A stretch of DNA of 64,000 bases, from positions 186,001 through 250,000 of the forward strand of contig CT868474.1 in the NCBI GenBank assembly GCA_000165425.1, given 5' to 3'. Below the pieces are notes generated by a model. The model was not told where the DNA came from, searched no databases, and saw only the letters and a program-made list of their open reading frames with translations. The position numbers and the translations under genes are program-made. Origin of the DNA: Paramecium tetraurelia (taxonomy: Eukaryota). Below are positions 51,443 to 64,000 of the stretch, piece after piece. Numbering within the stretch: the stretch's first letter is position 1; each line of letters begins with the position of its first letter.

Positions 51443-54053
51443 TCAAGCTTTTTAAGCAGTTGATAATAAACTTAATTTTTATTGAATTGACTTAATGTAA
51501 AGTGCGTCTACCTCTTATGCTTTTTCTACTGCTTTTAGCGGTTTGGTAGTCCAAGAAGCTTCTACTATCTAAAAAAATAAATAGTTAATTATACAGATTC
51601 CATGCTTTTAGTTTATTTTTCTAATCTATTTACTTAATCTGCCTTTTTTTTCAAGTAACTCTCTTGTTATGATGGTTCACCATAGGTTTTATCATCAATA
51701 TACTAAGATAATTAGATAATGGCTTACTTTTTTTTTAATTTTGTCAACCTTTTAATTATGCAAAGCCAATTTCTTTTTTCTTAATTCGTCTTTCTACTCT
51801 TCATCTAAATCATTTATGTTAACGACTTTTCTTGGTGTTTATTACTCAAGACCTTCTTCTCTCTTTCGTCTTTCTTCTTCTTTTCTTCTTTCTTCTTCCT
51901 TAATTTTCTCCTCCTTTTCTAATCTTTCTTTTTCCTTTCTTTCTTCTCTTTCTTTTTTAGCTTATTACAAAACTTCTTATAAATAATCATGTCTCTCAAG
52001 CTAAATAAATTAGAATAATTAGTACTGTTCCTAAGGTTTAGTTTTTAATAATTTTTGGAGTGGAAGTGATTTGAGGTAATTCTAACTTTTTCTTTTTCTA
52101 TTATTCTTGGAGTAATTTCAATTATTTTTCTCTCTCTTCTTTTTCTAATTCGAGAGCCTTTTAATGTAATTCTCTAAATTCTTTTAAATATTCCTTTCCT
52201 TTTTATTTGGCTAGGGTTTCTTCATATTCGTAATCAAATTCATCCTTTTTCTTCTTATCTTCTTCTTTCTATTTACTCAATATGATTGACTATTCAAGGT
52301 CCTTTTTAGCTTTCTCTTATAATTTTCTATATCTCTCCAATTCTTTTTCTTTAGTTTCTTTTTCTTTCTATTATCTTGCTTCTTCTTGTCTTTAGAATAT
52401 TTCAAACTCAGGTTCTTTTTCTTATTCTTTATCATTTTTTTTGACCATTCGAATGTATCTCTCAGGATGAATTGTTTTATCCCTTTAAACCATTAATTCT
52501 TCTTCTTTTTCTTTATCTTTTTGAATTTTAATGGTTTCTTTTACTTTCTTATCATAATCAACGATTTTTTATTTTTTTTCTTTTGCTTAATTAATTAAAG
52601 TCTCTTTGGGTATGATTGAAATATCATCAAGTGATTTATTAACTCTAGACTCTTATAATAACCAGAGCTTTGAATCAAAACTTGCATTAACATTTTAACT
52701 ATATTTACCAGCTTCTAAACCTAATTTTTCAAGGGCCTTCATTCTTTTTTCTTCATATTCTCTTTTTTTCATTTTAAGTTTCTTTAAATATTCTTTCATG
52801 TGATCCTCATATTCTTAATTATAAAATTCATTCTTTTCCATTTTCAATTTCCTTTCCAAATTCACAATTTCCTGTTATTTTTGTATTTTTTTATTAAACT
52901 TATCGAGTACCCTCATATACAATGGTTATTCAATTTCAATTTTTTTGGGTGGATGTATTAATTTACTATTGGGAGATGCACTTTTGGGTCTAATTTTTTT
53001 CTTTTTATCCTTTTTTTAACCCTCATTTTTGTATGGTTTCAATTAAACCTTAGGAATATCGACGGATGCAATTAATGATCTTTCTTTATTCATTTTAGAT
53101 AATTTGTCATTTAAACTCTTGAAATATTCATCTTCGATTTTATCCATTTTCTCAAGTCTTTGTTTCTATTTTGCTTTCAAATCTTCTATATTTTCTCGTA
53201 ATTTAGCATGTAACTGTTCTTTCAATTATTTCCTATATAATAATAAGGCTAATGATTACGTTTTGACAGCATCTTCTAATTTTTTCCTTTCTTCTTCTTC
53301 CTTCTCTCTCTTCTCTTTCTCACTCAATATTTTATTGGTTTTTTCTCTTCTTGTCTTGGCTTCATTTTGGATCTTCTAGACTGTCTCTTGGGCTTGTTGT
53401 TACTTGTTCAGATTCTCTTCTTGCATATACAATTTGAGAGTAGGTTAACTATAGGCACTATAGGCATTGTTGATTTTCTGGCTCTTGAGTGTTTTCAATT
53501 CAGTATCAACATTTTATAGTTTGGTTTACAATTGATCTTTTTCTTTTTCAACAATCAAGACTTTTTTATCCATCATATGTCCTTCGACATAGTTATATTT
53601 AGAATTCTTATAAAATATTAAGTTTCTTTTTTACTTCTAATTACAAGACTCCCTTGCGAATTGCATTAAGAATTTTATCTTCAACCCTTTCGGCATTTCT
53701 TAAAGAGAGCTAAGAATAGAATAAGGAATAACCTTTTGAGAGATGGAATCTTGCTTACTTTTGAGCGTTTCAAAATACTTATTTTAAAAGTCCATCATTG
53801 TTTGCTTCATCTTTTGGATGTGATCCTAAAGGTCATAAAATATTAAAATTACTATATCATTAGTGGCAGCTTTGACAGTTTCTTTTTTGGGTGAAGATGG
53901 CTGGACAGTTTTTGGTTATTGGATCGGCTGTTGTTGTTATGGTTGTTGTTATTTTTAATCAGTAGGTTTGCCAGTAGTTTTGGGAGGATCCTTGGCAGGA
54001 GGTTGTTGTTATGGCTATTATTTTGTAGGTGGTGCTACGGGATTTTATTTCAT
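51443..54053 (-). CDS. large charged coiled-coil protein of unknown function
   Basis: Long E/K-rich code-6 frame with P/Q-rich N-terminus and several tiny introns. Confidence 0.7.
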
Positions 54054-54091
54054 TATTTATAAATATTAATTTGCACATTTTGCGTATAAAC

Positions 54092-54301
54092 TCAATAACA
54101 ATTCTTTGCAAATCGAGCATAAGTTTCATCAAGATTTCCTTTCATATTCTAATCAATAGCCCATTGTCTTTAACAAGCATCCGATGTAACAACACTTAGA
54201 CCGGCCTGAATCATCCAATGAATAGGCACCACCACTATCAGAAGTGTAAGAATTGTCATAATGAGAGTTTTGGTTTCTTTTATTTTGAGTTCGTAATACA
54301 T
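54092..54301 (-). CDS. 69-aa single-pass membrane microprotein
   Basis: MYYELKIKETKTLIMTILTLLIVVVPIHWMIQAGLSVVTSDACQRQWAIDQNMKGNLDETYARFAKNCY; a GTA..TAG intron-like segment lies just upstream. Confidence 0.6.
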
Positions 54302-54388
54302 CTCTAACAAGTCCTCTTTGATAATGTACCTATTATTTTTATTAATTTGAATATATATATTTGTAATAATACTAAAAACTATAAAAAT

Positions 54389-55823
<1,435 letters not shown>

Positions 55824-56388
55824 AAAAATTTATGATAATTTTTTATGTTTTGATATTATAAAACTTTTAATCTTAGTCATATTTTTAATTGTTTAATGAC
55901 TTACTTTATAATTAAGACATAAGAAATTATTCTAATAATATCATTATTCTAATTAAGTCATTTTACTTTTATAAATAAAGTGTATTACAATAACAAAAAT
56001 AAAGATGTTGATATTTAAGAATAAATCAATTACAAAGTAGATGTAATAATTATTGAAATTACAATACCAACAATTGAAAACATTTATTTGAAATTAATCA
56101 AACAATATTGTATAAATTAATCAAAACATACTAAAGGATAACCAAACTAATCATTGTTGTAACTTAAAATTATTTATCTACTTTTTTTTTTATTGATAAA
56201 AATCAATCAGCCTATCTATGTTAAGATAATTTAATAAAAATCCAAATACTTTTGTAGAAAATTCATAATTTACAAATACGTATTACATTAAATGGAAGAG
56301 AGATGTTTAAAATTAAATAATTTTAGAAAGGTAGAAGTAAAACTATGCATATTTGAAATAATTAAGTTAATAAAATGATCATCTATAC

Positions 56389-57112
56389 TCATTTCTTATG
56401 CTTCTTTGACTTTTTTTCTTTTCTTCTACTTCTACTACGACTTTCTTCTTTTTTGACATCAGCCTCTTAAGCTCCTTTTATTTATTGTTGTTATAATGCA
56501 AGCTCTTTTAATCTCTTTTTCTCAGCTTTCTTCTATTCCTTTAATTAAATTAAACGCTCAGCCTTTCTCATTTCCCTTTCAACTTTTCTTTCTAATCTAG
56601 TTTTCTCTTCAGCATCAAAATCAAAAGCTGTGCCTGGCTTGAATTATTCTTTATCAATTCCAAAAGCATCTCCAATCTTTTTCTCCTACTCTTCCTTCTT
56701 TTAGGTTTTGATGTGAGTATCTGCAACATGACTAAAATATTAAAACACTTATTACTCTAATTGATATTCACCTTTATTTAACATGTCCTTCAATTTATCC
56801 TCCAATCTTTAAACTCTTTATTAAATTTCTTCTTCTGGCATTCCTCTTGCTTCTAATTCCTCTTATAATGTAATTTTCTTCAATTCAATGTCTCTCTTCA
56901 TTTCGTGTAAAATGATTTCTGGATTTGCCTTCTTTCTTGCTTATATAACATTTTCCTAAATTTTATTAAATAGTAATCTCTACTTTCATAGCCTTAATTT
57001 CTTTAAGAAACTCATCTTGCTTCCTTGTTGGTTTAATATGAGCTAGATTTTTTTATACGTATCCAGAGGTGCCACTACCTCTGGGAGTCATGAGACCAAT
57101 ATTATTGTACAT
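56389..57112 (-). CDS. CWC21: pre-mRNA splicing factor CWC21 (SRRM2 N-terminal domain)
   Basis: MYNNIGLMTPRGSGTSGYVQKN, ILHEMKRDIELK, short RS/K tail. Confidence 0.92.
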
Positions 57113-57261
57113 AATTAATATGTAAATTAATTTAAGTAATATAATTTATTATCATCCAAGAATAAGAATATTCATATTTTTGATAAATTTGATTCCTGTA
57201 GATCACTGATTAATGTTTACATTTGTGATAAGTTTGGTTTAGATTTACAAAATTAAATATA

Positions 57262-58518
57262 ATGAATTATTTTAAGTCAATTTTCCAAAAAAAAAAAAAT
57301 AGAAACGTGATTGATTAAACATCGTCTGAAACTTCTACTATTTATGATTAAAACTCCTTAACGGTTCATCTAGATGATATTAAGGCGATTATTAAATGTT
57401 AGTAAAGGAGGAGGGAACTCTATTTTAGGCCGACGAAATCCCTATTAGAATAATTAAAGGTGCTCTACTCATTACATATGATGATAATATCGGAATAAAT
57501 TAATGATGAGAATGAATTAATCGAATGTTTTTCATAAGGAAAGGTATTGTGTTTACATGATTGAAGATAATTTGTTAGTAATTTAATGTTTAAAGATGTG
57601 CATAGAGTTCTTTTGTCAACAACACAGTCGGAGGATAAACGAATCATAATTCAAATGAAGTTTAAATGAATTATTCTGAAGTAAAAACTATTGATATCAT
57701 TCAAAAGTATCCCATTAAATTTTATAATGTTGAAATCGAGTTTGCTCAATAATATTATTCATACTTGCAAAGGGTGGCCAATAACATGGATATTTATTAT
57801 GCATCTCAGAAAATGCAATATCCATACTTAGAAGAGAATTAAAGCAGGAAAATAAGGTTTTTGTGGCTATTTAAATTAACAAATATGATCAATTTCAAAA
57901 TATCAATGATTCCCATGATTTAAAAGATAATATTTTAAGAGTCCGATTTCACTGTAAGTCATTTAGTTATACATAGTAAATAACAAAAGAAATCACTATT
58001 TTAATATATAAAGATTGCATAAATGAATATTTATTCATAAAAAAAGAGATAGAAGAATAATTGGAACAGTATTAGCAGCAGAATGTCAAGGATAGTATCA
58101 AATTAATTAATTATTAGCAATAAGCTTATATGAATTATATATTCAAGCTAAATAAATCACTAATTCTCTTAAATTATTTTATAATATAAGAAATCACTTT
58201 TTGAAGTATGAAAGGATTGAAAAATTCAATTGGCTTCATTTGGAGAAGCAACAAGAGAAAGATGTGGAATTATATGTTGAAAGAATTAAACTAATAAATT
58301 CATCGTAGTTTAAACACACCTTAAAAGTACCCTCTTAAAAAGACATTTACGATAATTTATAATAAAAAATGACTTAATCAAAAATAAAATCAAAATCAAA
58401 AAAAGTAATTTACTAATATAAAAAGGGACGACGTATTCTTGAACATCTATCTCCGAAAACAGATAATAAGAAATAACAATCAAAGCAAAATAGTCATAGA
58501 ATCATTATACAATCCTGA
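57262..58518 (+). CDS. ANTH/ENTH-like hypothetical protein
   Basis: N-terminal frame opens after 27- and 23-nt introns; LKVLYSLHMMI and QQYYSYL resemble ANTH helices. Confidence 0.5.
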
Positions 58519-58634
58519 TATTTTAATTTTCTTTGCTTTAACTTATATTAATAATTTATATTCTAAACATCAAATTTTTCGAAAATAATAATATAAATCA
58601 ATTAAAATTAAGAAGACATTTCTAATTAATAAAT

Positions 58635-59620
58635 ATGTTCTTTTTTATTGATTATAGGTTTCAGCAAATATCTCATCAAATACTCCCTAAGGTTTTTGAC
58701 TTTAAAAGCATCAAACTCAAAAGTTTCAAATGAATCAAAAATTGCTCCCAATGAATTGTAATTTAATAATAAGCAAAATTAAACCAAGCTTATAAAACCA
58801 AAATGCTTTAGAAACCAGAAATAGAAGAATAAAAGAGCTATATTACAGAACTAGAGAAATTTAAGGACAATAATTATACTGTTTTATTAGCTTTATATAT
58901 TGACTTTTATGCTGAAATATATTATTATGTAACCTGCTTCTAAAGAAAAAATGATTAAATATAGATCTTATGGAGCTCCTCCTAAATTTTACATTATTTT
59001 TAGAATAACACCATATTATATTTTTAGAGGTTAAGAAGAAGTCCTATTTAATTAATGGCAGCTATAAAATATATGCCAAAGTAAAGAAGGAATAGTATGT
59101 TGGCAATATTAAAAGAGATTTAATGGTTTAAAAATATCTCATATTTGATAATGGGTAAACTGGAAAAATCACAAGGTATAAACTAATTAAGGAAATAGAT
59201 AATTAGGGGTTATTAATTATTGCTAGCCTTATAAAAAGTGATTGCATTCAGTTTAAGTATTGAATTTCAACATATTAGACATTTATCCCTGAAGAAATTT
59301 TACTGGTTAATTGTATGAATTTAAGGATCATTCAATTTATGCGTCAATTATCGATAATTAAGACAATGTAATAAATCTAGTAAATAGAAAATCTCAATGA
59401 ACCTCTTCATATAAATGCTACAGTTAAAATTTTATGATAGAATATTTAAAAGTTGGTCATTTCATTTTGACTTAAAGAGGAAGTGAAAATCTCAGTTTCA
59501 TTATTTCACAAAAATGATAATAGAGAATTTTCCTTGATTTTTCTTATAAACTTATTGCAGGTTAAATTTTTTGTATTGCTTGGGTGTAAATAAAAAATGG
59601 GTTCAGAAATAATTATTAAA
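58635..59620 (+). pseudogene. Tubby-domain pseudogene
   Basis: YVGNIKRDLMVQKYLIFDNG, NRKSQ*TSSYKCYSQNF (Trp position is TGA, 59398-59400), and a frameshifted LDFSY...QIFCIA; ends approximate. Confidence 0.6.
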
Positions 59621-60136
59621 TGAATATTATTCTAATATAGAATTTTATGATCCATTTACTTATATAAATAAGATAGAGTCATCAGTGGTTTTATAATGTA
59701 AATAGTTTATGTTAGTTTAGGTTCAAATATTTCTAAGAGGATCTATACGTAATTAAGGCAAAATTATAATTATTTTGAAATGTAATACCAAAACTAAAGA
59801 GGAGGGGAGATAAAGTATAAGATTGTAGAATTAGCATGGATTTTGTTAAAAGGGGGAAGTAATAATAGAGAAATGAAAAATTAAAATTTATTTAGAGTAT
59901 TTCCTTTTATTTTGATAAGGAATGATCATTTTATTAAGGCAAAAGTGGTAAAAGAAGTGCTTTAAAGGGTGCTTAACATTATTATAGAGATGAGAGAATT
60001 TACAAGTAGGTAATAAGGGGGATTTTAGAAATTTAGACTGAATTGTCGGTTTTTTCATTTATTTTCAATTATTTATATTGAACAATAATATCAAAGATGA
60101 ATAATAAAATTAAAAAAACAAAAAGAAAACCTTACT

Positions 60137-60526
60137 ATGTAAACTAAACCTTGCGATTGGATTTGTGTAGAATGCAGAAACTTGAATTACTCATTTAGAA
60201 AGATTTGTAATAGATGTCAGTAGTGCACAAGAGATACGCCAGGAACTCGATTTATTGCCAACAAAGTTGATTAGGGATAATAAATACTTGAAACCCTAAA
60301 GCTATAGGAAATAGATTTGGGAGGGAGCAGTCACAGTTCGACAGACAGCAATGAAGATGATGAAGATGGAGTATTTTCTCAAGCCTTATTTCTTGAGGAT
60401 CTATCCAAAAGCTCTTAGAGTGTCAAAAAATCATTCTCTTTCTTGAAAAAATGTTAAGTATGCTGCAATTAGAATTACTTTTACTAATAAAAGTGTGGTC
60501 ATTGTGGATATTCTTCGTTTATTTGA
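60137..60526 (+). CDS. RanBP2-type zinc-finger protein (two fingers)
   Basis: DWICVECRNLNYSFRKICNRC and CQVCCNQNYFYQQKCGHC; start ambiguous (see findings). Confidence 0.75.
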
Positions 60527-60875
60527 TTCTTTATTTACATATTATATATATGAGTCTTATATTTCCAATAATCTATATAAATTTTGCACCAATAGATCTA
60601 GAACTAAATTTAATCGATAACTTCAGTTAGAAAAAGGAGATGAAAAAATTTAAATTACATCTCAATAAACTGAAATTTATAAATTAATATATAAATACTA
60701 TTGCAGATTATAGTATTAAATATAGTGGAGATTCAATTTGAAAATACGTTCTAGTTAAGATCAAAGGATTAAATTATTATGATTTCTTAATTTTGATTGT
60801 GTGTCGTGTTTTTATAGAATCGGATTAATTTTCTATCATTTGTAATAATAAATAAAATTGAGTTAATAATTTTAT

Positions 60876-63800
60876 TCATTTAATTTCAAATTATATCGAC
60901 TATGGTAAAGCAGTGATTTTTGATTTATCGAGAGGGGGTCTCATTAGTGGTGGTGCAAATAAGTATTCAAATTATTACCCTCTTACAACCTTTCCGACTG
61001 ATGAAACAAGCCTTCTTCCAAACCATGCGATAACAGTTTCAGATTCATCTAATACTGATAAAAACAAATAACTTTCCATGTTCAAACTAGTCGTATCAAA
61101 AAGGAAAGCAAACTTCATGTTATTAAAGAATGCCACTTTTTGTACATTATTAACCTTATCAGTCTTAAAAGAACAAATTTAATTATTCTTATCTAAAAGA
61201 GGTTTGCTATCCATCATTAGAAGTCCTTTAATAATCAGTACTGCCTGATCTAGAAATCCATTGATATTGATAAGCACAATTAATAATTTATCAGTATTTT
61301 CTGTGGAGTTCATAGTTCTTCTTGATGCTATTTTTGCTACCTATTCACTAGGAATAGATTATTAAAATTTTGATGTTCCGCTTTTATGAATTTAAGGACG
61401 ACTTTCTTGAATTTCATCGTCATTGTATTCTTAATTTGGTTTATAGTCAAACCTAACAGAATACGAAATCTTTGTATTTATTTTTTTAATAGCCGTGTAA
61501 TCTACAGGAGGAGCAGGTACTTCTCCTTAAAACAATTTACCAACAAACTCTGAACTATTGAGTTGACCATTCACAAATAATTGGAAACTTATCCATCCCA
61601 AATCTTGAAAGGAGATGAAGACATAAAACTTATCTAAATCGACTTTTTTATGTAAAAGTTAAGTGAGTGGTAATTTAAAATAAGCAAATCCATTGATGAG
61701 TACACTTTAATTAGCAGATGCTTGATATTTTTTAGAACTAGTATAAGCACATATGATTCCATCTTCATCAATTGCTGGTTCATTCCCATTGTAAATTTAT
61801 ATTGTAAAATCTACTGATTTCTAATTCACATAATCAGTTAAGGAATCGATTTAAATAACTAATCCTTTATTTTAATCGAATTAAAGATTTTCTTATTTTT
61901 CTTTGTTGTGTTGAGCATACTTTGGTGTTTCTTCGATATCATTTAGATTTAAATTTTCTTCTTGAATGAAGAAGTACATTTATCGATTTGTCTTTTTCCC
62001 AATTTTGCCACTGCCATCCAAATCATGAACAAATACACTTTATTATCCAATGTTTAGTGTTCCACTACTTGTAAACAAATTCATTTAACAACTTCCAATA
62101 ATTTCATTTTTGTAGATAAAATTAAATAAATAAGCTAATTTCTTAAATGTCAATGTATAAGTATCGATTAGATATCTTGTACCAATACGCAGAATAATTG
62201 TATGATTTACAATCATTTCTCCTTTGCCTTGCCCTTCAAATATTTCAATATTATCATGTCTAATACATTGTCTATCCAAAACATCTATAATAATATTCTC
62301 TCGTTCTATTACAAAAGTTTTCATAATGAAATCTTCCTTTTATGAGAAATTTTTTAAAAGTGTGATGTCCAATCTGATTTAAGTGTTCCATTTAGGATTT
62401 GCAACACTGTAAAGTTTCTTTTTCTATTCTCTATCTTCTTCTGTTAGCACTAATAAAATTAAATGATGATGACTTACATTTTTAATCGAGCTTATAATTA
62501 TCATAATTTGGCAATTAAAGAACCCTATCATCATCTTACATAATGATAAAGTTGATTTAATTATTAGTTCTCTTGGTTCTATTTAAATTAAAAGGAGGTG
62601 CTTAACCTGGTGGTCCGTACAGATTTTCAGAGTAGATGCCACTCCTTATTTTATATTAATCGTCTGTAAAATCAAAGACTTACAAAGCGTGCCAACCAAA
62701 TAAATCTATTTTATCTTTGAATATTGCAATAAATAAATAAGTATTCAAGATATCTTCTTAATTCTACTCCTGAAAATAGTTGGTTAGATTTAAATCAAAA
62801 GTAAAGGTTTCAGTATAATTAAAATAATTATCGCCTTTTTCATCAGGTTCTAATTCTTTATTGAATACACACATGTTCTTAGAGTCATCTTCTATTAGTT
62901 TAATATTTTGGAAGAGTGCTAATTTCATGTAGAACGATGTAATCGACCCAGCATGTAGTTGAGATAGTGATCTTAATTTAAAGATTATTTTCCTTGGTTT
63001 TGTAGACATTATAGTACTTTTTTCTTTCTCTTAAACTCTTTAAGCACTTCTGCCTTCTTATATTTTTTACATTGAAGTATCAGCCTTACTATCAGGTCGT
63101 TAGGAAAGTTCTTTATCTCTTGACTTTGATTTATTTGTATTAGGTGTTGGTGTTCCCTTCTTTAATGCTAGTCTCTACTTAAATGTTAGCATTGTGCGTT
63201 TTTTGTCTGTTTATCCTCTTAATGCTGTACCTTGCTTACCAAAGATTCTTCTATTGGGTCTATTTAAACGATTCTATTATCTTTCATTATATTCTAACTA
63301 TTGCTATTTCACTGCTGCTTATTGTTCATTGAGGAAACCAAAGTCCATCAGTTTGTATACATTAGGAGGAAGTTCAGATTTCCATAATGAAGGATTGTTG
63401 CATTGCATATATAGAAGTTCTTTTGGAATAGGGAATACTCTATGTTCTTTAAATTTAAATTGCTTTTCCAGATCTATAACATCCTATTACTTTTAATGCA
63501 AAGGCTGTAACTTATAATCAACAATATTCATTATCTTGGTATCCATGTCCAACACAGCGTCACCAGGCATGCTGATTCGCAAACCCAATTTGATTTCTTA
63601 GATTTCCACCTGCTTATGTAAATCAAATGTGAATGAAGCATTGTAAAATGGTAAAAGAAAACATCCTGAAATTAGATTCTCTTCATCAAACACTTTATGC
63701 AGAGTCCATCCTACTTAAAATGGAGCTGCACCGTTACCATAATCTTAATTGTAACACCACAGAATCATATAAAGATATGTATCCTTGTATACCTCATGAT

Positions 63801-64000
63801 TTCTTTCAACAAACCTTTCCTATATTATACATTTCTTCTAGAATATATTTTCTTAGGTACACTCATGTGATTAAGTAGTCATCTTTGTGTGAGGCTCATC
63901 TAAACTAAGTTATTAAATGAACATTACTTTCTAATAAATAACCCATAACTAATCTTGACATGTTCATAAATAATGGGTAATTTATTTACAAAATCTAATC
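60876..64000 (-). CDS. large protein with repeated C2-like domains (CCDC17-like), 5' end outside window
   Basis: Long open frame; LDFVNKL...GWTLHKVFDEENLISGCFLLPFY, with related GW..LF...G units further on. Confidence 0.55.

Overview
AT-rich, very gene-dense eukaryotic DNA that reads as a ciliate macronuclear chromosome, most like Paramecium. Evidence: TAA/TAG occur in frame as Gln in conserved genes, TGA is the only stop, introns are mostly 20-30 nt GT..AG, and intergenic spacers are often under 50 nt. The supplied standard-code ORF track is therefore mostly fragments or off-frame artefacts. Read by hand with code 6, the window has about 30 genes: 14-3-3, PMCA Ca-ATPase, three kinesins, GlnRS, NUDT1, a sphingolipid desaturase, CWC21, an RBM5/10-like protein, kinases, MORN, RING, PX, CRAL-TRIO, Skp1-like and others, plus at least three decaying pseudogenes. 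The standout is a hidden selenoprotein W-like gene (44177-44524, minus). It has an in-frame CxxU TGA, a well-formed SECIS element in its 3' UTR and a putative N-myristoylation extension, so it uses TAA, TAG and TGA as sense codons and TGA again as its stop. All models were read by eye with no database searches, so family calls rest on recognised motifs and some boundaries are approximate.
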